The position numbers and the translations under genes were made by a program. Positions 8,812-22,076 of a DNA stretch of 32,000 bases are shown piece after piece (within the stretch, counting starts at the first letter, position 1; each line of letters begins with the position of its first letter). Origin of the DNA: Pedobacter caeni. GTDB lineage: Bacteria > Bacteroidota > Bacteroidia > Sphingobacteriales > Sphingobacteriaceae. Where the stretch lies: NCBI RefSeq assembly GCF_900129215.1, contig NZ_FQUQ01000003.1, positions 776,029-808,028 of the forward strand. The letters run 5' to 3'. The notes beneath the pieces are model-generated. The model was not told where the DNA came from and made no database searches. It worked only from the letters and a program-made list of their open reading frames with translations.

Positions 8812-10191
8812 ATGAAAACCTTAAGACTTAGCCTGTTACTGGCTTTGCTCTTGCTGATCCAATTGGCAGAAGTAAATGCACAAGAGCGCCCGGCATGGGC
8901 AAAAGAAACCAAAGAACAGAAAGAAAAACGAATGAAATGGTGGACAGACGCCCGATTTGGGATGTTTATCCACTGGGGCCTGTATGCTGTCCCTGCCCGT
9001 CATGAATGGGTAAAATACTATGAGCACATTTCTGATAAAGATTATGAGAAATATTTCAACCTGTTTGATCCCGATTTGTACAACCCAAAGCAATGGGCAG
9101 CAAAAGCAAAGGAAGCAGGAATGAAATATTTTGTCATCACGACTAAACACCATGAAGGTTTCAGTTTGTGGGATACCAAATATTCAGATTATAAGGCAAC
9201 TAAAACACCAGCCGGAAGAGACCTCATCAAACCAATGGTAGAGGCCTTCAGGGCAGAGGGCATTAAAGTAGGATTTTACTATTCGCTGATCGACTGGCAC
9301 CATCCCGATTTTGAGCTCGATGCGAGTCATCCCCCAACCCCTCAGGGTAAAGAGGCTCGCGATGCGGCCAACAAAGGAAGAGACCAGAAGAAATACCAGG
9401 CTTACATGAAAAACCAGATCACAGAATTGCTCACCCAATACGGACCGATTGATATGTTATTTACCGATTTTTCATACGCTGGAAAAGGGCATAAGGAATG
9501 GGATTCAGAAGGACTGTTAAAGCTGATCCGCAAATTACAACCCAATATCATTGTCAACGACCGTCTGGATCTGAACGATACAGACTGGGGATGGGACATC
9601 AAAACCCCTGAACAGTTTATGCCAAGGGAATGGCTAACCGTTAAAGGAGAGAAAGTGCCATGGGAAACCTGTCAGACTTTTTCCGGCTCATGGGGATACC
9701 ACAGGGATGAAAATTCCTGGAAAAGTGTACCTCAGCTCATCGCCATGCTGATTGAAACGGTCAGCAAAGGGGGGAACCTCTTGCTAAACGTTGGGCCTAC
9801 GGCACGCGGGGAGTTTGATGAAAGGGCTAACCAGCGCCTGGAAGGCATGGGGGCATGGATGAAACAACACAGCCGTTCCATTTACGGATGTACACAAGCT
9901 CCGGAAACTTTCAAAGTGCCTCAGAACTGCTTCCTTACCTATAATGCAGAGAAAAAGAGACTGTACATTCACCTGATGCAATGGCCGTTCAAATCGCTGC
10001 ACCTGGAAGGATTTAAAGGTAAATTTAAATATGCTCAGCTCCTGAACGATGGTTCTGAGGTTAAGTTCTATTCTCCTACACAAGAGGGAAGCCATACGAC
10101 CGAGACTACAAAAGACGGGGATGTAATCCTGAACCTTCCTGTACAGAAACCAAATGTGGAAATCCCCGTGATAGAATTGATTCTGGAATAA
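8812..10191 (+). CDS. GH29 alpha-L-fucosidase (secreted/periplasmic)
   Basis: ORF 8707..10191. The inner ATG at 8812 gives a signal peptide (MKTLRLSLLLALLLLIQLAEVNAQE). GH29 hallmarks are 'WWTDARFGMFIHWGLYAVPA', 'KYFVITTKHHEGFSLWDT', 'YYSLIDWHHPDF' and 'GGNLLLNVGP'. Confidence 0.9.
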   Translation: MKTLRLSLLLALLLLIQLAEVNAQERPAWAKETKEQKEKRMKWWTDARFGMFIHWGLYAVPARHEWVKYYEHISDKDYEKYFNLFDPDLYNPKQWAAKAKEAGMKYFVITTKHHEGFSLWDTKYSDYKATKTPAGRDLIKPMVEAFRAEGIKVGFYYSLIDWHHPDFELDASHPPTPQGKEARDAANKGRDQKKYQAYMKNQITELLTQYGPIDMLFTDFSYAGKGHKEWDSEGLLKLIRKLQPNIIVNDRLDLNDTDWGWDIKTPEQFMPREWLTVKGEKVPWETCQTFSGSWGYHRDENSWKSVPQLIAMLIETVSKGGNLLLNVGPTARGEFDERANQRLEGMGAWMKQHSRSIYGCTQAPETFKVPQNCFLTYNAEKKRLYIHLMQWPFKSLHLEGFKGKFKYAQLLNDGSEVKFYSPTQEGSHTTETTKDGDVILNLPVQKPNVEIPVIELILE

Positions 10192-10214
10192 ACAAATAGG
10201 GCAAAATTCTTTAG

Positions 10215-10260
10215 ATATAGCCTTTTTTACACCCGTAGAAAAGGCTATATTTGGTTTGTT
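10215..10260 (+). terminator. Rho-independent terminator after the fucosidase gene
   Basis: Perfect 12-bp stem ATATAGCCTTTT(10215-10226)/AAAAGGCTATAT(10239-10250) with a 12-nt loop and a T-rich tail, TTGGTTTGTT. Confidence 0.8.
10246..10253 (+). promoter_or_regulatory. Bacteroidota-type -7 promoter box (TATATTTG) for the TPR-LuxR regulator gene
   Basis: Matches the TAnnTTTG consensus of Bacteroidetes sigma-A promoters. It lies 17 nt upstream of the ATG at 10270 and overlaps the descending arm of the preceding terminator. Confidence 0.4.
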
Positions 10261-10269
10261 CCCAGCTCA

Positions 10270-11949
10270 ATGATGAACCATACTAACCAAAAAAGGCTTC
10301 TTGCATTCTTCTGTTTCTTTATAATTCAGTTTCTGACTGGCTGCGAATCTAAGCAGCAGACAGATCAATCCTTAAATCCAGGCAGTACCGAAACCGGGAT
10401 CAAAGCCAGGATCATTGCCCTCAACAAAAGAGCAAAAAGTCTGAACAGGGACTCTACCAATCTGGCCATAGCTTCAGCTTATGAAGCCTACCTTCTGGCT
10501 TATGAAAACAAATATAAAGGGTTGGAAGCTGATGCCCTGGTAATCTTATCCGAAGGTTATCTCTATAATGACATCTATGACCTTGCCCTTGAATATTCAT
10601 TTGATGCCCTGGAAATCTATAAAAACCTGAACCAACCGGCTAAAATGGCCGCTACTTATACTTTATTGGGATGGATCTATTATGATGTGGAAAATGCGGA
10701 GTTTTCCCTGAAATACCATACCATGGCCTATGATTACTATAAAACGCATCAGGAACCTGATGAGACCGGCCTCTCCCTCAATGCTATCGGCTTAATTTAC
10801 CAGCTCAAGAACGAATTCGGAAAGGCAGAAGGCTTTTTCAAACAGGCGCTGGTGATGGCTCAGAAACACAACAAAAGAGCCCTGATCAGTGCAGCTTATA
10901 ATAACCTGGGCATTTCCAGCAACAACAATAAGAATTATAGTCAGGCCATTGTCTATTTTAACCTGGCACTTCAGTTTTCTACCAAACAATTGCTTTCACT
11001 GGCAGAGCTGAACAACCAGATGGCTTTCTCACTCGTCAACCTCGGCAGAAAAGAAGAAGCATTGGCGGCCTTAAAAAAGGCAAGATCCTTTATTGACCAA
11101 AGCAGTTCCAATTCAAGAAAAGAAAACCTGCTGGACAATTATAAGGTCTTCTCTCTGCTCTATCAACGGACCGGAGATTATAAACAGGCCTACGAGAACA
11201 TCAACCAATACAATGCAGTCAGAGAAGAATTCCTGTCTAAAAATAAAGTAAATGCCTTGCTCACGCTTACCCTGAAACGGGAAGCCCAGGAAAAAGAAAG
11301 ACAGATGGAAGCGTTATCCGTAAAAGAAAGCCTGAAATCTTTTCAACGGAATGCCCTCGCCATCATTGTGGTACTCCTGATTGTGATCGGTTTTCTGCTG
11401 TATGGTAAGCTCAGAAGCAGACAAAGAAAAAAAGCCGAACAGGCCGCCCTTAAGCAACAAGAGATTGAAAAGGTACTTGAGCATACTGTTCTGGATAAAA
11501 AAGCCCTCCATGAACGACTGGATTTTAACCATATTGAACTGAAAAACTATGCCTTATACATTGCGCACAGAAATGACCTGGTGGTAAAATTCATTGAAGA
11601 TCTTGGAGGTCTGGATAAAACCGCAGCTGCGGAAATCCCCCATCAGTTACATAAGCTGGTCAATAAATTCAAGTACGACATTAACCTGGAGAAGTATGTG
11701 GAAGATTTCAACCTTAAGGTGGAAACCCAGTACCAGGATTTTTTCTACAACCTGCAACAGAAATTTCCTCACCTCAGTCAGAATGAGCGAAGGCTTTGTG
11801 CCCAGATCAGGCTGAGCCTTTCCATTAAGGAGATCGCCACCCTCAATAACATCTCCGTGAAGTCTGCAGAAATGGCAAGGTACCGTTTGAGAAAGCATTT
11901 TGGCCTGCAGCCCAATGATAACCTCAACGATTACCTGAAGTCCTTCTAG
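10270..11949 (+). CDS. Transmembrane one-component regulator: lipoprotein-type signal, TPR sensor region, single TM helix and a C-terminal LuxR/GerE-type HTH
   Basis: 559 aa. The N-terminal signal has a lipobox (FLTGC, Cys25). TPR-like repeats span about aa 60-320 ('AATYTLLGWIYYDVENAEFSLKYHTMAYDYY', 'LNAIGLIYQLKNEFGKAEGFFKQAL', 'AAYNNLGISSNNNKNYSQAIVYFNLAL'). The TM helix is aa 361-379 (nt 11350-11406), followed by KLRSRQRKK, which fits the positive-inside rule. The C-terminal HTH is 'SQNERRLCAQIRLSLSIKEIATLNNISVKSAEMARYRLRKHFGL' (nt ~11773-11907). Confidence 0.8.
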   Translation: MMNHTNQKRLLAFFCFFIIQFLTGCESKQQTDQSLNPGSTETGIKARIIALNKRAKSLNRDSTNLAIASAYEAYLLAYENKYKGLEADALVILSEGYLYNDIYDLALEYSFDALEIYKNLNQPAKMAATYTLLGWIYYDVENAEFSLKYHTMAYDYYKTHQEPDETGLSLNAIGLIYQLKNEFGKAEGFFKQALVMAQKHNKRALISAAYNNLGISSNNNKNYSQAIVYFNLALQFSTKQLLSLAELNNQMAFSLVNLGRKEEALAALKKARSFIDQSSSNSRKENLLDNYKVFSLLYQRTGDYKQAYENINQYNAVREEFLSKNKVNALLTLTLKREAQEKERQMEALSVKESLKSFQRNALAIIVVLLIVIGFLLYGKLRSRQRKKAEQAALKQQEIEKVLEHTVLDKKALHERLDFNHIELKNYALYIAHRNDLVVKFIEDLGGLDKTAAAEIPHQLHKLVNKFKYDINLEKYVEDFNLKVETQYQDFFYNLQQKFPHLSQNERRLCAQIRLSLSIKEIATLNNISVKSAEMARYRLRKHFGLQPNDNLNDYLKSF

Positions 11950-11978
11950 TGTGATTTAAAGAAGGTTTTTGAGCTCAT

Positions 11979-12023
11979 GTAGAGGTCTTGTAGGGGTAAC
12001 CCCTCAGCAGAAGTAGGGGTCTT
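11979..12023. repeat. Three direct copies of GTAG(A/G)GGT with embedded alternative hairpins (regulator terminator and/or binding sites)
   Basis: Copies start at 11979, 11990 and 12013, spaced 11 and 23 nt apart. ACCCCT (11999-12004) can pair either with AGGGGT at 11992-11997 or with AGGGGT at 12015-12020. The second hairpin is followed by CTTTAATTCGTTTTT, which is terminator-like. Confidence 0.4.
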
Positions 12024-12051
12024 TAATTCGTTTTTCCGGCAATCCTGATAT

Positions 12052-12073
12052 TAAGTTTGATTGAATCAATCAA
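12052..12073 (+). promoter_or_regulatory. Candidate PUL-2 promoter -7 box (TAAGTTTG) overlapped by a perfect palindrome, TTGATTGA-A-TCAATCAA
   Basis: TAAGTTTG at 12052-12059 fits TAnnTTTG. A TTCG at 12027-12030 sits at -33-like spacing. The 8+1+8 perfect palindrome at 12057-12073 overlaps the box and the predicted transcription start, 16 nt upstream of the susC ATG at 12089. Confidence 0.4.
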
Positions 12074-12088
12074 CTCAAACCAAATATT

Positions 12089-15000
12089 ATGATTAAAGAT
12101 TTACGATTGCCAATAAGCAATTTATGGAGCAATAAATTTGCCTGGCTCATGTTCGCTGTCTGTGTGTTCTCCTCCCTGATCAGCAGCAGTACCTTTGCTC
12201 AGACCAGTACCGTAAAAGGGCAGGTATTCAACGAAATTGATCAGCCCCTTCCGGGGATCACGATCAAAGTTAAAGGAAGCACTATAGGGACGACTTCAGA
12301 CCATGAAGGGAAATTCCGAATCAATGCATCAGAAAAAGACATCCTGGTTTTCTCGGCCGTTGGCCACATCAGTCAGGAAATCACGGTAGTTGCCGGCAAA
12401 GACATCCAGGTTAAACTATTAATGGATATGAAAGGGCTCGACGAAGTCGTGGTGATCGGTTACGGTAGCACACAACGGAGCAACCTGACCAGTGCCGTAA
12501 GTTCGGTAAGCGGGACAAAACTGGAGCAGGTGGCAGCCAGCAATCCGGTCAACGCCCTTCAGGGTAGGGTTGCCGGATTATCCATCAGTAGCCCGGGAGG
12601 AAACCCCGGACAATCTTCGGATGTCAGGTTACGTGGTATCGGAACCTTCGGTGCCCATCAGCCCTTATATATCATTGATGGTACGCCTGGAAACCCTTAT
12701 TACCTGAGTAACGGAGATATCGCTTCGATAGAAGTGCTTAAAGATGGTGCCGCAGCATCAATCTATGGCTCTAACAGTGCCAACGGGGTAATCCTGATCA
12801 CGACCAAAAAAGGAAAACAAGGTGCCCCGGTAATTGATTTCTCTTCCTTCTACAGCATCGTAAGGCCAACAGAACAATATAAATTCCTGGATGCAGAAGG
12901 CTATAAAAAGCTGCATACCATGATGTACACCAATGCAGGGCCTACAGCTCCGGCATTACCTGCATACCTGACCAAAAATACCGGCACAAATACCGATTGG
13001 CAGGACCTGATCAACCGTAAAGGAATTTCGCAGAATTACAATGTCAGCCTGAAGGGTGGTGGCGAATATTTAACCTATTCCTTAAGTGGTGACCTGACCG
13101 ACGATCGTGGTACTTTCATCGGTTCAGAATTCAATAAGAAATCCTTAAGGGCAAGAAATGACTTTAAAAAAGGCCGCTTAAGTGTAGAAAGTAATATCAT
13201 TTATTCAGAAACGAGATCAGAAGCAGCTAAGTTCAATCAGAAAGACAGTTATTCCCAATCTCCTTTACTTCCTGTTCTGGATGAAAAAGAAAAGTATGGT
13301 TACGGATTAACAGAAAATGGCTTGCCGAAATTCCAAAACCCGATCGCTGCAGATCATTTTCTGCAAGGCAATTCTAAAACCAATTACCTCGGCGGAAACA
13401 TCCGCTTCGGACTGGACATCATTAAAGGCTTAAAATATACGGCCAACCTGAATTACATCAATGCACGCACGGATGAATATGCGTTCAATCCTCCATACCG
13501 TGCCAATGCCAATGATCCTCTGGTTTCCTATACCAGGGTCTACAATAGAAATTCCCTTTACAAGGAACGCCTGATGGAACACTTGCTGAATTACGACCTG
13601 AATATCGATAAACACAGCATTAAGCTCCTTGCCGGATATACCGCTCAGGAAAAAACCAATCGGTATATCAGCGTTACTGCAGACGGAAAAACGACGGTAA
13701 GAACGGTGGTAAACGGAGAGATCGAAGAAACAGTGGTTCCCGGAGGATTCACTAACCCAGACTTTAATACCATTTCCGCTGGTCTGGGAGGTACGTTCAA
13801 TGCCGAAGGCACAAATAATAAATATGTTCGTCTGTCCACATTGGCAAGGTTAAACTATGCCTACGACAACAAATACATGTTACAGGTTTCCGTAAGAAGG
13901 GACGGTTCTTCTGTTTTTGGTGCAAACCGCAGATATGGGGTCTTTCCTTCCGTATCACTGGGCTGGAACATCCATAAAGAATCTTTCCTTAATGAGGTAA
14001 AATGGCTGAATAATTTAAAACTTCGCGCCAGTTATGGAGAGCTTGGAAATGAAGGTGCTTTGGGCTATTATGACCATCAGGCGCTCATCACTACCCGCAA
14101 CCGCTGGTCGGGAGGTTATGTACAGGGCTCCGGAGCAACACCATGGCCGGGTTCTGCCAGTTATACCCTCTTAAACCTGGATTTACAATGGGAAACCATC
14201 AAATCCAAAAACATCGGACTTGATTTTGGCTTGTTTGACAACAAATTAACGGGTGCTATCAACTATTTTAACAATACGACAGATGGCCTTCTGATCACTA
14301 AAGAGGTCGCACCATCAGCAGGTGTGAACAATCCGATCGTCAATGTCGGGAAAATCAGCAATAAAGGGCTGGAACTGGAAACAAACTACCACATCGATCA
14401 CAACGAATGGCAGTTTGACATTGGTGGTGCTTTCAGCTTACTGAAAAACGAAGTTTTATCGCTCGCCAATAACGGCCAGATCTTATACGGTACAGGTTTA
14501 AGGTTTGGAACAGACCATATTCCGACACAAACAATGGTAGGAAAAGAGATTGGTGCTTTTTACCTGTATGAAGCGGATGGTATTTTTCAATCCGATGCAG
14601 AAGCTTCCAATTACAAAAATGCAGCGGGTACTGCCTTGCAGCCTAAAGCAAAAGCAGGGGACATCAGGTTCAGGGATACCAATGGTGATGGAAAGATCGA
14701 TGAAAAAGACAAGACTTACCAGGGCTCAGGATTTGCTAAATACGAATACAGTCTGAATCTCGCTGCCAACTACAAAAACTTCGACCTTTCTTTATTCTGG
14801 CAGGGGGTGGCAGGAAACAAGTTGTACAACGGAGACCGTTTTGAACTGGAAGGAATGGAAGCAGGAAGAAACTTCCTGGCCAGTACCCTCAATGCATGGA
14901 CTCCTCAAAATACAGGAACAAACATGCCAAGGGCAGTCCTGGGAGATCCCAACCAAAATACACGTGAATCTACACGCTTCCTGGAAAGCGGATCTTACCT

Positions 15001-15229
15001 GCGCTTGAAGTTAGTTCAGCTGGGATATAGCCTGCCTAAATCTGTGCTCGGGAAACTGAAAGTTTCCAGACTCAGGGTATATGTGAGCGGACAAAACCTG
15101 GTCACCTTCAGTAAATACTCCGGACTGGATCCGGAAGTGGGCAGTTTTGATGTCCTGAACAACGGGGTAGACCGATTGATGTATCCTCAGAACAAAAGAT
15201 GGCTCATGGGACTACAGTTGACATTTTAA
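12089..15229 (+). CDS. SusC/RagA family TonB-linked outer membrane transporter (no STN domain)
   Basis: 1046 aa. It has a signal peptide (...SSSTFAQ) and a CarboxypepD_reg-like domain ('VKGQVFNEIDQPLPGITIKVKGSTIGTTSD'). The plug reads 'VVVIGYGSTQRSNLTSAVSSVSG...ASIEVLKDGAAASIYGSNSANGVILITTKKG'. The barrel ends in '...WLMGLQLTF'. Confidence 0.95.
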   Translation: MIKDLRLPISNLWSNKFAWLMFAVCVFSSLISSSTFAQTSTVKGQVFNEIDQPLPGITIKVKGSTIGTTSDHEGKFRINASEKDILVFSAVGHISQEITVVAGKDIQVKLLMDMKGLDEVVVIGYGSTQRSNLTSAVSSVSGTKLEQVAASNPVNALQGRVAGLSISSPGGNPGQSSDVRLRGIGTFGAHQPLYIIDGTPGNPYYLSNGDIASIEVLKDGAAASIYGSNSANGVILITTKKGKQGAPVIDFSSFYSIVRPTEQYKFLDAEGYKKLHTMMYTNAGPTAPALPAYLTKNTGTNTDWQDLINRKGISQNYNVSLKGGGEYLTYSLSGDLTDDRGTFIGSEFNKKSLRARNDFKKGRLSVESNIIYSETRSEAAKFNQKDSYSQSPLLPVLDEKEKYGYGLTENGLPKFQNPIAADHFLQGNSKTNYLGGNIRFGLDIIKGLKYTANLNYINARTDEYAFNPPYRANANDPLVSYTRVYNRNSLYKERLMEHLLNYDLNIDKHSIKLLAGYTAQEKTNRYISVTADGKTTVRTVVNGEIEETVVPGGFTNPDFNTISAGLGGTFNAEGTNNKYVRLSTLARLNYAYDNKYMLQVSVRRDGSSVFGANRRYGVFPSVSLGWNIHKESFLNEVKWLNNLKLRASYGELGNEGALGYYDHQALITTRNRWSGGYVQGSGATPWPGSASYTLLNLDLQWETIKSKNIGLDFGLFDNKLTGAINYFNNTTDGLLITKEVAPSAGVNNPIVNVGKISNKGLELETNYHIDHNEWQFDIGGAFSLLKNEVLSLANNGQILYGTGLRFGTDHIPTQTMVGKEIGAFYLYEADGIFQSDAEASNYKNAAGTALQPKAKAGDIRFRDTNGDGKIDEKDKTYQGSGFAKYEYSLNLAANYKNFDLSLFWQGVAGNKLYNGDRFELEGMEAGRNFLASTLNAWTPQNTGTNMPRAVLGDPNQNTRESTRFLESGSYLRLKLVQLGYSLPKSVLGKLKVSRLRVYVSGQNLVTFSKYSGLDPEVGSFDVLNNGVDRLMYPQNKRWLMGLQLTF

Positions 15230-15249
15230 TCACCTTATCAAAACGAACA

Positions 15250-16770
15250 ATGAAAACGAATAAACTATATATAGGCTTGTTTCTGTTAATGGCAGCAATG
15301 GGTTGCAAGAAAAGTGAACTGGAACAAAATGTACCGGATCAGCTTACCGTAGATAACTTTTGGATCAATAAAGACCGCGCGTTAGCCGGATTGTCTGCCG
15401 CTTACTCCCAGGTAGAAGGTTTCGTGAGCTGGGACAACTATGTGGAAGCCCGTTCCGTAAGGGAGTTTTATAGGGAAGATTATGTGGTTCCAGGTGCCGA
15501 TGCGTATAATTATCCATGGTGGACAGAGCATTATAATTTTGACTTTACCTCCGGAAATTATGCCATCGACCTTCTTTGGAGAGAGAATTACCGGGGCATT
15601 AATTTCGCCAATCAGGTGTTGGAAAATGTAAGTAAAATGAGTGCCGCTGCAATAGATGATGCCAGCAAAAAACAGATCCTTGCGGAAGCAAAATTCCTGA
15701 GGGCATATTATCACTTTAAAGTGTTAACGAACTTCAGTAAGGTCATTATAAGAGACAAAGTGCCAACTTCTGATGCCGATCTTTCCAAAGCTTTTTCCGA
15801 AAGGGCAGAAGTGTATGGTTTTATCCTTAAAGACCTGCAGGAAGCAGAGCCTGATCTGCCGTTAAGGTCTGCACGCCCGGCCACAGAATTGGGACGGATT
15901 ACCAGAGGCGCTGCACAGGCATACCTGGGGAAAGTGAACCTGTATCGGGTAGGTGATGATCAGAGTAATGCTACAGCTTATTATGCTGAAGCTGGAAACT
16001 GGTTCAACAAAGTCATCCTGTCTAACGAGTATAAACTGGATGATAATTTCCTTGGCATGTTTAACGGAACGACAAAAAACAGTACAGAATCTGTTTTCGA
16101 ATTACAGCAAACGGAAGATGAAACCAGTGGTGCCTTATACAAATCTTATTTAAGTGATTGGGTGGCGGCTTCAGAACTGGGGGGCTATGGAGAGATCTAT
16201 GGTACTCCCGGACTGTTGACCGAAATGCTAAAAGAAGGTGAAGTAGCCAATGGTAATTATGATGCCAGGGTATACCAAACCATGTATTTTAACGATGCCT
16301 ATTTTAACGATACAGCTAATCCGAGGGTTTATGGAAAAACCTATGATGCCGTTTTTGGAAAGGATGCCAAAACGATCGCTTTCAGAAAATGGATTCCTGC
16401 CGGACCAGACCGTATTGGTTTTGCAAATGCGATCAATGTGCCTTTAATGAGGTATGCTGATGTGTTGCTAATGTACGCTGAGGTCTTAAATGAGCAGCAA
16501 AAACCGGGAGATGCACTAACCTGGATCAATAAAGTGAGGGGGAGGGCAGGTTTGCCTGATGTGAACCTGAACAGCAAAGCTTTGATCTTCGACCAGATCG
16601 TTCATGAGCGTATTATGGAATTTACCCTGGAGGGAAGCCGCTTTTATGACCTCAGAAGGTGGGGCATGCTCAGTCAAAAAATGCAGGCCGCAGGCAGAAA
16701 GTTCAGCCCTGAACAGGCTTTTTATCCTACTCCTTTTAAAGAAAGTACCAATAACCCATCAGCACAATAA
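15250..16770 (+). CDS. RagB/SusD family nutrient uptake outer membrane lipoprotein
   Basis: ORF 15199..16770. The inner ATG at 15250 gives a lipoprotein signal (MKTNKLYIGLFLLMAAMGC). Canonical SusD motifs are 'LAEAKFLRAYYHFKVL', 'PLMRYADVLLMYAEVLNEQ' and 'ERIMEFTLEGSRFYDLRRWG'. Confidence 0.95.
   Translation: MKTNKLYIGLFLLMAAMGCKKSELEQNVPDQLTVDNFWINKDRALAGLSAAYSQVEGFVSWDNYVEARSVREFYREDYVVPGADAYNYPWWTEHYNFDFTSGNYAIDLLWRENYRGINFANQVLENVSKMSAAAIDDASKKQILAEAKFLRAYYHFKVLTNFSKVIIRDKVPTSDADLSKAFSERAEVYGFILKDLQEAEPDLPLRSARPATELGRITRGAAQAYLGKVNLYRVGDDQSNATAYYAEAGNWFNKVILSNEYKLDDNFLGMFNGTTKNSTESVFELQQTEDETSGALYKSYLSDWVAASELGGYGEIYGTPGLLTEMLKEGEVANGNYDARVYQTMYFNDAYFNDTANPRVYGKTYDAVFGKDAKTIAFRKWIPAGPDRIGFANAINVPLMRYADVLLMYAEVLNEQQKPGDALTWINKVRGRAGLPDVNLNSKALIFDQIVHERIMEFTLEGSRFYDLRRWGMLSQKMQAAGRKFSPEQAFYPTPFKESTNNPSAQ

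Positions 16771-22062
<5,292 letters not shown>

Positions 22063-22076
<14 letters not shown>

Noticed and set aside
8812-10191. Including the GH29 fucosidase in the proposed Glc-Gal-Hyl pathway
   Set aside because: Collagen-type Hyl glycans contain no fucose. The gene also has its own terminator and sits upstream of the PUL-2 regulator, so I treat it as part of, or an appendix to, PUL-1.
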